From: Bdellovibrionota bacterium FG-2
GTDB lineage: Bacteria > Bdellovibrionota > UBA1018
DNA length: 51,191 bases
Direction of reading: 5' to 3'
Assembly (NCBI GenBank): GCA_051382305.1
Contig: JBBCAV010000280.1
Location: 1-51,191 of the forward strand
The notes under the pieces were generated by a model. It had not been told where the DNA came from and made no database searches. It saw only the letters and a program-made list of their open reading frames with translations. Every line of letters starts with the position of its first letter. Within the stretch, counting starts at the first letter, position 1. The translations under genes and the position numbers were made by a program. Below are positions 7,961-17,798 of the stretch, piece by piece.

Positions 7961-10180
7961 ATGAACTTCAAACAACAACGCGCTCGCTTGAAACGTGTGC
8001 TCCTCGGAACTCTTGTTTTAAGCTCGATTTTTTTCTTGTTTAGACTTTTTCCTGTTGCGGAGCAACTGGAACGCTTCACGCTTGATTTCCGCTATGCCCA
8101 CTTCAACCGGGACGCACGGTTTTCCGACCAAGTGGTCATTCTTGATGTTGACGAAGGCAGTCTGAAACTACTCTCCCCCATCTTCGGAAGATGGCCATGG
8201 CCAAGGAGAGTGTACAAAGACATTATAGAATTCCTAAATCTGGGACAACCCGCAGGCATCCTTTTCGACGTCTACTTTACGGAGGCTCAAAAACCCGATG
8301 AACACGGAGTAAGCGACGACCAAATCCTTGCCGAGGCGAGCCAACTCGCGGGCAATGTTTCCCACGCCATGGAGTTTCTGACTCAGGCGGAAACTTCGGA
8401 GGAAACCTCAAGGCAAGGCATCGCCGCGAAACTTCCCCCCGGCTTTGAGCGCAACGCTGTGAAAATTGACGGCGCCACCGCAGACCTTCCGCAACCTGAA
8501 AGTAAATATGTCGATTTCTTGACTCCTGCTCCGGCCTATCTTGAAAAAAATATCAAGATCCACTCCACCACTGCAACCAATGATTCGGACGGCGTCTTCA
8601 GACACTTTCCCCTCTTTTTCCCCTACGAGACACAAATCTATCCGTCCCTCACCTTGGCTGCGATCCTGATGAAAAATCCCTCGGACTTAAGCGGGTCGTC
8701 TGCCCTGAATACGCTGACCCTGACCCCTTTAAAAATGGATCAAAAAACTCTACAAATTCCCCTGGATTCGCACGGGCGCCTTGCGCTTCATTTCTACCGA
8801 AACGATCCCGCTCATGATCCTGTAATTATTCCCATGGCCGCGGTCATCGACTCGGCAAGCAAACTCCAAAAAGCAGAAGAAGCGGAACCGAGTAAACTCA
8901 AAGTCAATCCCCTCGAATTTGAAAACAAACTCATCTTGATTGGTACCAGTGCCGCAGGCCTTCAAGATCTCAAGGCCACGCCGGTAAACCCCTCCCTCCC
9001 CGGGGTTGTGCTGCATGCCACCGCAATCTCAAATATTCTGACCCAGGATTTTCTAAGCTTCACACCTCCCATTGCAAAAATCGCGACCTCCTTGATCCTC
9101 CTATGCCTCTCCTACTTGGCAGTGTTACTCCTAAATTCCTTTGTTCTTAAAATTACCGTTCCACTGCTCGTGATCTGCCTTTACGACCTTGTTTCATTTT
9201 ATCTCTTTAAAACCCACAGTCTCGCGCTTGAAATGGCGCTGCCGAATCTATTTTCTGCCTTCGCCCTCGTCGATGGCTTGGCCTATGTTAGTTTTGTCGA
9301 AAACGCGGAGAAGAAAAGAATGACTGGAACCCTTTCAAAATACCTTTCGCCTTCGGTAACCGAGGCTCTCATTGCCAATGGCATGAACCCTCAAGCCGAA
9401 GTGGGCCAAAAGAAGGAACTCTCCATTTTGTTTTCCGATATTCGTGACTTTACCACCCTCTCCGAAAGCATGCCGCCCGAACAGCTCGTCGGAAAACTCA
9501 ACACTTACCTGGGACGCATGACGGATGAGATTTTCCTCTTTGACGGCACCTTGGACAAATTTATTGGAGACGCCATCATGGCGTTTTGGGGTGCCCCCCT
9601 GAATGATTCTGATCACGCCATCAAAGCCGTGCGCTGTGGCTTTGCGATGAAAAAGGCCCTTACTCAATTCATGAGTGGTTTTAAAGTTGGCATCGGAATC
9701 AATACCGGCGATTGCATCGTGGGCAATATCGGGAGCGATAAGCGAATCAGTTACACGGTTATTGGCGATAACGTGAATCTCGCTTCTCGCATCGAAGGCC
9801 TCACAAAGCAGTACCACTCGAGCTTTCTCATTGGCAGTCGTACCCAAGAACTTGTCAAGGATTCAATCCTCTGCCGCCCCATCGATGACGTGAAGGTCAA
9901 AGGGAAAAACCAGAGCGTTCGCCTCTATGAGCCTCTCCTTGAAGCAAGCGCGCCCGATGCCCCGGCCATTCGGGCACTGATTGAGAGCTTCACTGAAAGT
10001 TTGGGCGAATACAAAAAGGGAAATTTTGAGAGTGCCCTCGGGCTTTTCAAGAAAACCCAAGCCATGCGTGTGGAATTTGGCGGCGATGGCCCCAGTGAAG
10101 TCTATATTGAACGCTGCCAAGATTTGATCCAGGAACCGCCTAAGGAATGGGACGGTGTTTATGTGGCAAAATCGAAATGA
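7961..10180 (+). CDS. CHASE2-domain class III adenylate cyclase with C-terminal TPR-like region
   Basis: GRWPWPR, DSDGVFR and PGVVLHA (CHASE2); three TM segments; catalytic FSDIRDFT, DKFIGDAIMA, YTVIGDNVNLASRIE (Lys/Thr indicate ATP specificity). Confidence 0.95.
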   Translation: MNFKQQRARLKRVLLGTLVLSSIFFLFRLFPVAEQLERFTLDFRYAHFNRDARFSDQVVILDVDEGSLKLLSPIFGRWPWPRRVYKDIIEFLNLGQPAGILFDVYFTEAQKPDEHGVSDDQILAEASQLAGNVSHAMEFLTQAETSEETSRQGIAAKLPPGFERNAVKIDGATADLPQPESKYVDFLTPAPAYLEKNIKIHSTTATNDSDGVFRHFPLFFPYETQIYPSLTLAAILMKNPSDLSGSSALNTLTLTPLKMDQKTLQIPLDSHGRLALHFYRNDPAHDPVIIPMAAVIDSASKLQKAEEAEPSKLKVNPLEFENKLILIGTSAAGLQDLKATPVNPSLPGVVLHATAISNILTQDFLSFTPPIAKIATSLILLCLSYLAVLLLNSFVLKITVPLLVICLYDLVSFYLFKTHSLALEMALPNLFSAFALVDGLAYVSFVENAEKKRMTGTLSKYLSPSVTEALIANGMNPQAEVGQKKELSILFSDIRDFTTLSESMPPEQLVGKLNTYLGRMTDEIFLFDGTLDKFIGDAIMAFWGAPLNDSDHAIKAVRCGFAMKKALTQFMSGFKVGIGINTGDCIVGNIGSDKRISYTVIGDNVNLASRIEGLTKQYHSSFLIGSRTQELVKDSILCRPIDDVKVKGKNQSVRLYEPLLEASAPDAPAIRALIESFTESLGEYKKGNFESALGLFKKTQAMRVEFGGDGPSEVYIERCQDLIQEPPKEWDGVYVAKSK

Positions 10181-10214
10181 GAAGGGTAAACAAAGTGGGT
10201 AAAAGGAACTTGAT

Positions 10215-10700
10215 ATGAAATCACAAATCGCTGTTCTAGGACTCATGGGTCTGACGAGTATAAACGTTGCTTTCGCCGCAGAACCCGAACGGGGCTACAT
10301 CCAAGCCGCAAAGGCGGATCTGAAAGCCGAACCAAAGATGGATTCGAAATCTCTCACGCAACTCAAACGAGGAGATCCGCTCACCATTGAAAAAAAGGAA
10401 GGCATCTGGAATTATGTCAAAGTGGGCAATAAAGCTGGCTGGGTGTCAAAACTCTTCATCTCTGCGACCAAACCGGTCGGCGCTGCAGAGCTCAGCCAAA
10501 ACTCCAATAACAATCTCGAAAAATCCTCACGCAGGCGAAGTTCCTCCTATGCCGTTTCCGCGGCCACGCGAGGCTTAACTGCCGAGGGGCGCTCAGGAAA
10601 CCGAGAATCATTACAATCAGATTTTGAGGCACTAAGCACCATGGAGAAGGATGTTCCAAGCGACGACAAACTCAACGCATTTTCTGCCTCTGGAAAGTAG
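10215..10700 (+). CDS. secreted bacterial SH3-domain protein
   Basis: signal peptide; LKRGDPL...GIWNYVKV...GWVSK SH3b motif; SRRRSS...SAATRGL tail. Confidence 0.85.
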   Translation: MKSQIAVLGLMGLTSINVAFAAEPERGYIQAAKADLKAEPKMDSKSLTQLKRGDPLTIEKKEGIWNYVKVGNKAGWVSKLFISATKPVGAAELSQNSNNNLEKSSRRRSSSYAVSAATRGLTAEGRSGNRESLQSDFEALSTMEKDVPSDDKLNAFSASGK

Positions 10701-10710
10701 GTTTCTTCCT

Positions 10711-11568
10711 ATGGCTACAAATCTTCGCACACTCTTGGCCCGGCTTTTCATCTCTCTCGTTGTGCTTTGCCTGGGGGCTTCCTGCGCTACTGTTGAGGCC
10801 CCCTCGGACAGAGCGGATCGTGAGCAAGAGATTCTGGCCCGCGAAGTTAAAGACGAGCTGATGGTCGGACGGCAGATGGCCGCCAAGCTTCTGGGTAAAT
10901 TCAGCCTCTACTCCGGTGCGCCAGAGGCAACAGAGTACGTAAAACTCGTCGGTCACACGCTGGCTCGACAATCGGGACGTCCCGAAATCAAATTCTATTT
11001 TGCGATTCTCGACACCCCTGAAATTAACGCCTTTGCAACTCCTGGAGGATATATCTTCGTCACGAAGGGGCTGCTACTAAACCTCCGTTCTGAAGCGGAA
11101 CTCGCCGCTGTATTGGGCCATGAACTCGCACATGTAAACGAAAAACACATGTATAAGATGATCGCCCCCAAAAAACAGGTTTCCGCAAACGAAAGCATTG
11201 CGCGCATGCTATCGCGGGGAAACTCGGACCTCGGCGCTTCGATTTCACAAGTCGTTAACTCGGGGATTAAGCTTTTGCTGGAAGAAGGATTAGGCTCAGA
11301 AAAGGAGCACGCCGCAGATGAGGCTTCAACGCTCTATGTTTTGGCCTCAGGCTACCCCCCTGGAGGAATGCTGAGTGTCGTAAAAAAACTTGCGGAGCAA
11401 AATGGGACGGAAAAACTGGGCAAAACTCACCCGCCGTTTCCAGAGCGCATTGCAAGTCTTGAGCGATTTATGAAGCAAAACGGCCTAAAATTTCAGATCC
11501 CGCCTCCTCAGACTCAGCTTGCCAAGCGTTTCAAGCAAAGCTTTGCGCAGGTCACCACACAGCAGTAG
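10711..11568 (+). CDS. M48 family (BepA/LoiP-like) zinc metallopeptidase lipoprotein
   Basis: lipobox GAS-C; INAFATPGGYIFV, HELAH, E-x-x-AD and THP motifs; start revised to ATG 10711. Confidence 0.9.
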   Translation: MATNLRTLLARLFISLVVLCLGASCATVEAPSDRADREQEILAREVKDELMVGRQMAAKLLGKFSLYSGAPEATEYVKLVGHTLARQSGRPEIKFYFAILDTPEINAFATPGGYIFVTKGLLLNLRSEAELAAVLGHELAHVNEKHMYKMIAPKKQVSANESIARMLSRGNSDLGASISQVVNSGIKLLLEEGLGSEKEHAADEASTLYVLASGYPPGGMLSVVKKLAEQNGTEKLGKTHPPFPERIASLERFMKQNGLKFQIPPPQTQLAKRFKQSFAQVTTQQ

Positions 11569-11600
11569 TCACGCAGCAAAAGATGTGATTTAAATACGGT

Positions 11601-12881
11601 ATGAAAAAGCTACTTCTTCGTCTGTTTTTCCTGCCTTTACTCGTAACCTCCTGGGACGCGGCAAGGGCTGACGAATTTCATTACAAAGACGTGTTGGTCG
11701 GAGAGCGGGCCTCCGGGATGGGCGGAACTTTTATTGCGATTTCTGACGATCCCAGCGGCATGTTTTACAACCCCGCCGGAATCGTTTTTAGCATGGAGAA
11801 TTATTTTAGTCTGTCCGCCAACGCCTACAGTGTTTCAGAACTCAAATACAAAGACATCGTCGTCGGCCAAGACTATCAGTACAAGAGTCAGGGCCTCGTG
11901 CCCGCTTTTTTTGGATTTACGCAGTCCATCGGCAAAAGTAAATTGGGTATCGCGGTCATCGTTCCTGATTCCCAACTCCTCGATCAAGATGACACTGTTA
12001 CCAGCCTGAGCACCGAGACCGATTCCGCCAACACGCTTAAGCGGCGATTGTTCAGGCAAGACATCACTTATTACGGCGGCCCTGCCTTTGCGCGTGAGGT
12101 TTTCAAGAATTTTACCGTAGGGGCTAGTTTGTTTGGCTTTGCCCGGCTCGACAAAAGCATCGACTACCAGTTGATTCTGTTTAATCCTGTGCCGACAGGA
12201 AAGTATTTTTCACAAAATACCACGCAAACGCGAAGTTTTTTTGGGGTCTCGCCAAAGTTGGGGGTTCAATACATGCCCATCAGTAAATTGTCTTTGGGTC
12301 TAACCGTCTCTCGCATTTTTAACCTTTCTGGAAGCGGCAGTGGTCGCATCGTTCGTAACAAATCAACAACGGACGGAAAAATAGCCACCCCGACCGGCTC
12401 TTTTGACAACGATATGGAAATTCAAGAAATAAAACTTCTCCACAACATGCCTGAAGTCTTGGAAATTGGTCTTGGCACGGCCTTGTTTTTTACAAAAACT
12501 TTTTTAGTAACAGGCGATCTCACCTATCGGGGGACGGACCCGAGCTACAGAGAAATCGCCGGCGGAATGCAATCCACAACCGACTTTAGCCTAGGTTCCG
12601 AGTACTACCTATCCGAAAGCGTAGCCGTGCGCGGAGGCTTCTTTACGAACAAAGCAAAAACCCCAGCCCTCGTCGAGGGGGGTATCAACCAAAGTCCTCA
12701 TGTAGACCTTTATGGCGAAACGGTAGGAATTTCTCTCTACAAACCAGGCTCCTCTTTGACTCTTTCTGGCGCTTACTCCCGTGGTAAAGGTACGGGACAA
12801 GCCATCGGTGACACCGCAATTGTTCAGCCGCTGGAGCAATCCAATGCCACAGTCTATTTGACCGGCAGTTACCAACTTTAA
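11601..12881 (+). CDS. FadL/OmpP1-like outer-membrane transporter
   Basis: signal peptide; GERASGMGG..A...DPSGMFYNPAG plug motif; beta-strands; C-terminal GSYQL. Confidence 0.85.
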   Translation: MKKLLLRLFFLPLLVTSWDAARADEFHYKDVLVGERASGMGGTFIAISDDPSGMFYNPAGIVFSMENYFSLSANAYSVSELKYKDIVVGQDYQYKSQGLVPAFFGFTQSIGKSKLGIAVIVPDSQLLDQDDTVTSLSTETDSANTLKRRLFRQDITYYGGPAFAREVFKNFTVGASLFGFARLDKSIDYQLILFNPVPTGKYFSQNTTQTRSFFGVSPKLGVQYMPISKLSLGLTVSRIFNLSGSGSGRIVRNKSTTDGKIATPTGSFDNDMEIQEIKLLHNMPEVLEIGLGTALFFTKTFLVTGDLTYRGTDPSYREIAGGMQSTTDFSLGSEYYLSESVAVRGGFFTNKAKTPALVEGGINQSPHVDLYGETVGISLYKPGSSLTLSGAYSRGKGTGQAIGDTAIVQPLEQSNATVYLTGSYQL

Positions 12882-12892
12882 GGGAATTTTCT

Positions 12893-14683
12893 ATGGAACG
12901 CTTTGCGGTTCAAGTCACCCAATCCCTGGAAAAAGTCCTGGATCGCAAGGTCGGCGCTCACGAACTTGAGCTCCCACCTGATCCGGCGTTTGGAGATTTT
13001 GGGTTTCCTTGTTTTAAATGGGCCAAAGAAGAAAAAAAATCGCCTCAACCCCTAGCCGAAGAGCTGGCCCAGAGCATCGCCTCCCACCTCCCCTCTGACA
13101 TCACCGCCAAGGCCGCAGGCCCTTACGTCAATTTTTGGGTTCGCCCAGACGCGCTTGTTTTCACCCTCCTTACCGACATTCTCAAAGGCAACGGGCTTGG
13201 GACTTACGGATCACTTGCCGCTGAAACTCGAGGAACGTGGGTTCTTGAGTATAGCTCGCCTAATGTCGCAAAACCTCTTAACAGTTATCATTTAAGACCC
13301 ACGGCCCTGGGCGCGGCACTAGATCGCATCGGGCGTTTCAGGGGCTTCAAAGTCGTCTCTATTAACCACTTAGGTGATTGGGGAAAACAATACGGCATGC
13401 TCGCCGTGGCGTTTAAAAAATACGGCAAAACCGTCGCAGACGAACTTTCCATGCGTGAGCTCGTGGATCTGTATGTCCGAATCAATGCGGATGCCAAAGA
13501 TCAGCCCGAGATCGGACAACAAGCCCGCGAGGCGTTTTTAAGACTTGAGCAAAATGACCCTGAAATGACCGCACTTTGGAAAAAATGCGTGCAAGTATCG
13601 CTCAGAGATTTTGATCGCCTCTACGCAAGGCTTGGCGTGAGTTTTGATCACATTTGGGGCGAGAGTTTTTATCGCGATCAGCTTGCGCCGTTGACGGAGG
13701 CCCTTCGAAAAAGTGGTTTACTCGTTGAAAGCGAGGGTGCTTGGGTAGTGCCGCTGACCGATCCAAACGGCAACGAAATCCCTCCCTGCCTTGTCCAAAA
13801 AAGCGATGGCGCAACCCTGTACGCGACGCGAGATTTAGCGGCTGCAATCTATCGTTTTGAGCAGTTTCATTTTGATCGTATGACCTACATAGTAGGGGCG
13901 GAGCAGAAACTTCACTTTCAGCAGATTTTTGGAGTGCTGAGGAAGATGGGCCTCTCTTGGGCGGATCGTTGCGAGCATATTCCGTTTGGGTTGTATAAAT
14001 TCAAAGGCGCGAAAATGTCGACACGCAAAGGAATTTTTGTAACGTTAGAAGACGTGCTCACTGTCGCAAAAGAGCGCGTCTTTGAACTTATGGAAAAACG
14101 GGCACCGCAGGAGGCGGAGGCGCCGCAGGCTTCGCTCGCTTATAGCCCTGCGCTGTCCCCTGCGCTGTCCCCTGCGCTGTCCATTGAAGCGCAAGACCAA
14201 ATCGCTGAAGCCGTTGCCGTCGGCGCGGTCGTGTTCCACGACTTGCACACCGATCCAGTTAAAGATGTGGATTTTGACGTGGATCGCGTCGTGGATTTCG
14301 AAGGTGAAACTGGGCCCTATTTGCAGTACGCGCACACTCGGTGTTTGGCGATTTTACGAAAAGCCGCCGAAAGCAAGATTGCCGTGGGCAGCGTCGCAGA
14401 CTGCGCCCACTTGCTCTCTCATCCGTCAGAGATGGCACTTCTAAAAACCCTCGGACGTTTTCCGCTGCATCTGGAACGCACGCTGAGTTTCACAAAGGCT
14501 AGCCAATTAGCGCATTACCTCATTGATGTGACAAAACTTTTTGGCTGCTTTTATCGCGACTGCCGGGTCTTGGGTGAGGATCCCAAACTTTCGCAAGCCC
14601 GGCTTATGATGGTCGAGGCCACGCGTCGTATTTTGGCCAGAGGACTCACTTTGCTGGGAGTGCCTTTGCCGGAGCGGATGTGA
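12893..14683 (+). CDS. argS: arginine--tRNA ligase
   Basis: EYSSPNVAKP, NHLGDWGKQYG, KSDGATLYATRDLAAA, KMSTRKG, GPYLQYAH and C-terminal ERM. Confidence 0.97.
   Translation: MERFAVQVTQSLEKVLDRKVGAHELELPPDPAFGDFGFPCFKWAKEEKKSPQPLAEELAQSIASHLPSDITAKAAGPYVNFWVRPDALVFTLLTDILKGNGLGTYGSLAAETRGTWVLEYSSPNVAKPLNSYHLRPTALGAALDRIGRFRGFKVVSINHLGDWGKQYGMLAVAFKKYGKTVADELSMRELVDLYVRINADAKDQPEIGQQAREAFLRLEQNDPEMTALWKKCVQVSLRDFDRLYARLGVSFDHIWGESFYRDQLAPLTEALRKSGLLVESEGAWVVPLTDPNGNEIPPCLVQKSDGATLYATRDLAAAIYRFEQFHFDRMTYIVGAEQKLHFQQIFGVLRKMGLSWADRCEHIPFGLYKFKGAKMSTRKGIFVTLEDVLTVAKERVFELMEKRAPQEAEAPQASLAYSPALSPALSPALSIEAQDQIAEAVAVGAVVFHDLHTDPVKDVDFDVDRVVDFEGETGPYLQYAHTRCLAILRKAAESKIAVGSVADCAHLLSHPSEMALLKTLGRFPLHLERTLSFTKASQLAHYLIDVTKLFGCFYRDCRVLGEDPKLSQARLMMVEATRRILARGLTLLGVPLPERM
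14146..14181 (+). repeat. in-frame 12-bp tandem repeat x3 within argS (SPAL repeats)
   Basis: CCCTGCGCTGTC occurs three times perfectly. Confidence 0.95.
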
Positions 14684-14687
14684 AGGG

Positions 14688-16277
14688 GTGAGCTCTAAGC
14701 ATGGAATCCTAAGTCCGATTGTATTGATTGGTTGTGTTTGCGCCCTGTTCGTGGCGTTTTGCCTTATCATCATTCACCTTACTCCGCCTCACATGGATGA
14801 ATACCTTCATTATCAACCCCTCGCCTGCACACTTTTTCCCAATGCGATTTACCATCAGTTTAGAGAAGCTTGCGGCTATTACGACCTGGCAATTTTTGGT
14901 CACTTCTTGCCAATACGCTCTTACGGCTACACTGGATCCGCCACTGCTCTTTTCTATTTGCCTATCTTCAAGGCGTTTCCTCACTATTTGTCCGCTCGGT
15001 ACATGGGCCTTGGATCTTTGATTCTTTTTCTTATCGGAGTACGCCTCTTAACCCGTCTTGAGTGGCTGCTCATTCTTGCAACGTTAGGGCTTAATTTTCC
15101 ACTCGCTTACCAGATGATCAACGATACGGGGCCGGTGGGATATTCGATTGTCCTTATGGCCTGGGTGCCGCTTATGTTCGGCTGGATCATCAAGAAAAAC
15201 TCCCTCGACCTGAGCATCGTGGGGGGCGCCTTCATCGGATTAACGATCTTTTTAGGCGTCGAGCAAAAACCTTTTTTTCTACTTCTTTCCCCCTCAATCA
15301 TGGGATTGAGTATATGGCTGCATCACAGGCAAGGCGTCAACCGATCCGTTCGAGCTTGTTTGTTTTCTTGCGGGGGCGTTCTTTTGTCACTTTGTCTCAT
15401 TCTTTTTACTGCAAGAACAAGAACGGGTGAAATATATTTTGTTAAACTAATCAGCATGGCCGCCAATTACGAGCTTTTTGATTGGCAGGGCCAGTGGAAG
15501 CACTTAAATTCATTTCTGCAAACGTACTTCTTTAATTTTGCGGGTTTCGCCCATCGAGTTTTTGGCGATTTTGATTCAAAAGGGATCCTACCCTCATTGT
15601 TCTTCTGGATAATGTTGACTCTCACAGCGGGAAGATCTTTTCTTTCGAAGCAAAATGCGCAAAAACAGGGGACTCCCCAGACTCTGGCTTTCCTGCTCGT
15701 TTTATCTGGCATGAGCCTTTTCCTTATTAATCGCAACTTGAAGAGCGACGCCGGACATCATATCATTTTTGTGATGCCCTATATTTTGATCGCACTGGCG
15801 CTCGGGCTGCAAGCATGGATTGCGAAAGCACGCCGCGTATGGATTATTCCAGCACTCCTCGTCGTTTCCAACTTCTATATTTTGTCTCTCGTTATAAGAA
15901 ACCCCCCCGAAACTCACTCTTCTTGGGATCGAATTGGACTTTTTGAATATGTAAAAACAAATCTCGCAAAGAGATATATTATCTCCTACCTGGACTGGGG
16001 CACTTACTACATCGGAGCTCTCTATGGGCCCCAGGAGCAAATCGTAACATATATTCAGCCGTTGAACGAGGTAGATGCTTTGAACCTAAAAGCACTCTCG
16101 GAGAAACTCCAAAGGCCCCTCGCTTTTGTTCGCAGAAAAGAAGGCACTTCCGCCAACTGGGGAGCGCTCGAACGAACGGTAGGCCCCCTCACGCGGATTT
16201 TCCCGAAGATTCAAGAAGGGATTACAGGCGAGAAATCCGCTTGGGAATTATGGACTCAGCAAGTTGGCACACCCTAG
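14688..16277 (+). CDS. polytopic membrane glycosyltransferase, GT-C/ArnT-like
   Basis: about 11-12 TM segments; acidic HMDE motif in the first periplasmic loop; soluble C-terminal domain with DWG. Confidence 0.65.
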   Translation: MSSKHGILSPIVLIGCVCALFVAFCLIIIHLTPPHMDEYLHYQPLACTLFPNAIYHQFREACGYYDLAIFGHFLPIRSYGYTGSATALFYLPIFKAFPHYLSARYMGLGSLILFLIGVRLLTRLEWLLILATLGLNFPLAYQMINDTGPVGYSIVLMAWVPLMFGWIIKKNSLDLSIVGGAFIGLTIFLGVEQKPFFLLLSPSIMGLSIWLHHRQGVNRSVRACLFSCGGVLLSLCLILFTARTRTGEIYFVKLISMAANYELFDWQGQWKHLNSFLQTYFFNFAGFAHRVFGDFDSKGILPSLFFWIMLTLTAGRSFLSKQNAQKQGTPQTLAFLLVLSGMSLFLINRNLKSDAGHHIIFVMPYILIALALGLQAWIAKARRVWIIPALLVVSNFYILSLVIRNPPETHSSWDRIGLFEYVKTNLAKRYIISYLDWGTYYIGALYGPQEQIVTYIQPLNEVDALNLKALSEKLQRPLAFVRRKEGTSANWGALERTVGPLTRIFPKIQEGITGEKSAWELWTQQVGTP

Positions 16278-16310
16278 TAAATTCAATTGCAAAAATAGGC
16301 ACAAACGGAG

Positions 16311-17798
16311 ATGAGCAGGAAGGTGGAAAATCACTATGTAACACCGCACTTCAAAGCTAAATCGATCGCAGTTATTGGCGCTGGACCTGCCGGTCTTGCT
16401 GCGGCCTATGAGCTTTGTAAAGCGGGGCACAAAGTGGATGTCTATGAGGCCTCACCCTATATAGGGGGGCTTTCACGAAGTTTTGCACTTTGGGGGCAAA
16501 CAGTTGATATGGGCCCGCATCGATTTTTCAGCAGCGACAGAATCGTGAATGCCCTTTGGCATGAAGTGATCGGGTCTGATTTCAACATGGTCAATCGGCT
16601 CACGAGGATCCACTATCGCAATCGGTTTTTCTTCTATCCGCTTCAGCCCCTAAACGCGTTCTTCAATCTAGGCCCGATCAAGACTTTCCAATGCATCGTG
16701 AGTTATCTATTCACAAAAATGAAACCCAGCGAACCCGCGAAGACTTTCGAAGACTGGGTCGTATCCCGCTTCGGCCGGCGTCTTTTTGAAATCTTCTTCA
16801 AGACTTATACTGAAAAGGTTTGGGGTATTAGCTGTCGGCAGATCGATGCCGACTGGGCCTCACAGAGAATCAAAAAGCTTTCTCTTTATGAAGCAATCAA
16901 AGCAGCCTTTTTTAAGGACAAAAAACAAAAGCACAAAACACTTATCGATCAATTTGCCTACCCAATAGGAGGGACCGGTAACTTTTACAAAAAATTGGTC
17001 AAAAAAATAACCCAGCTCGGGGGCACTGTCCATCTTGAGCACCCTGTGGCGTCCGTTATGACAGTAAAAACAGATCAGGGTCAGAAAGCCATTGGGATTC
17101 AGCTCAATAGCGGTGAAAAAGTCCTCTCGGATATCGTGATTTCTACCATGCCCCTTACCGTCATGGTGAAACACCTAGCGGAAGCGCCCAAGGCCGTCGT
17201 GAGCGCTGCGGATGAGCTCTACTATCGAAATACTATTTTGGCCTATGTTGAGGTAAGCGGTACCCACCTCTTTCCTGATAACTGGATCTATGTCCACTCT
17301 CCTGAGGTTCGACATGGAAGAATTACGAACTTTCGCAACTGGTGCCCATCACTCTTTGGAAGTTCGCAATCTTCAATTCTTTGTATGGAGTTTTGGTGCT
17401 TCGATCAGGATCCAATTTGGTCCGAAACCGTTGAGAATTTGGGCCACCAAGCGGTAAAAGAACTACGTCAGATTTCCATCTTGCCGCATGGCGAAGAAGT
17501 CCTCCGAACTCATATTGTCAAGATCCCCAAAAGTTATCCCGTTTATCAAACCGGATTCATGAAACCGCTTGAGACCATTCAAAACCACGTCGACTCAATT
17601 GAAGGTCTTTATGCCATTGGTCGCAATGGCGCTTTTAAGTATAATAACCAGGATCACTCAATACTCATGGGACTTCTGGTATCAAAGGAGATTACGAGCG
17701 GAATTTCTCAAAACCTATGGAACATTAACACCGATGACGAATACCAAGAGCAGGCAATAACTGATGAAGTCAATCTCTCAAAAGCGAGGACTGTATAG
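16311..17798 (+). CDS. FAD-dependent oxidoreductase (HemY / UDP-galactopyranose mutase-like superfamily) of glycan loci
   Basis: GAGPAGL, DMGPHRFFS, FFKTYTEKVWG and GRNGAFKYNNQDHS motifs. Confidence 0.85.
   Translation: MSRKVENHYVTPHFKAKSIAVIGAGPAGLAAAYELCKAGHKVDVYEASPYIGGLSRSFALWGQTVDMGPHRFFSSDRIVNALWHEVIGSDFNMVNRLTRIHYRNRFFFYPLQPLNAFFNLGPIKTFQCIVSYLFTKMKPSEPAKTFEDWVVSRFGRRLFEIFFKTYTEKVWGISCRQIDADWASQRIKKLSLYEAIKAAFFKDKKQKHKTLIDQFAYPIGGTGNFYKKLVKKITQLGGTVHLEHPVASVMTVKTDQGQKAIGIQLNSGEKVLSDIVISTMPLTVMVKHLAEAPKAVVSAADELYYRNTILAYVEVSGTHLFPDNWIYVHSPEVRHGRITNFRNWCPSLFGSSQSSILCMEFWCFDQDPIWSETVENLGHQAVKELRQISILPHGEEVLRTHIVKIPKSYPVYQTGFMKPLETIQNHVDSIEGLYAIGRNGAFKYNNQDHSILMGLLVSKEITSGISQNLWNINTDDEYQEQAITDEVNLSKARTV

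Noticed and set aside
9335..9847. 170-aa antisense ORF, and similar shadow ORFs such as 24597..25172, 36508..36954 and 42904..43302
   Set aside because: Fully antisense to well-supported conserved genes and without motifs of their own
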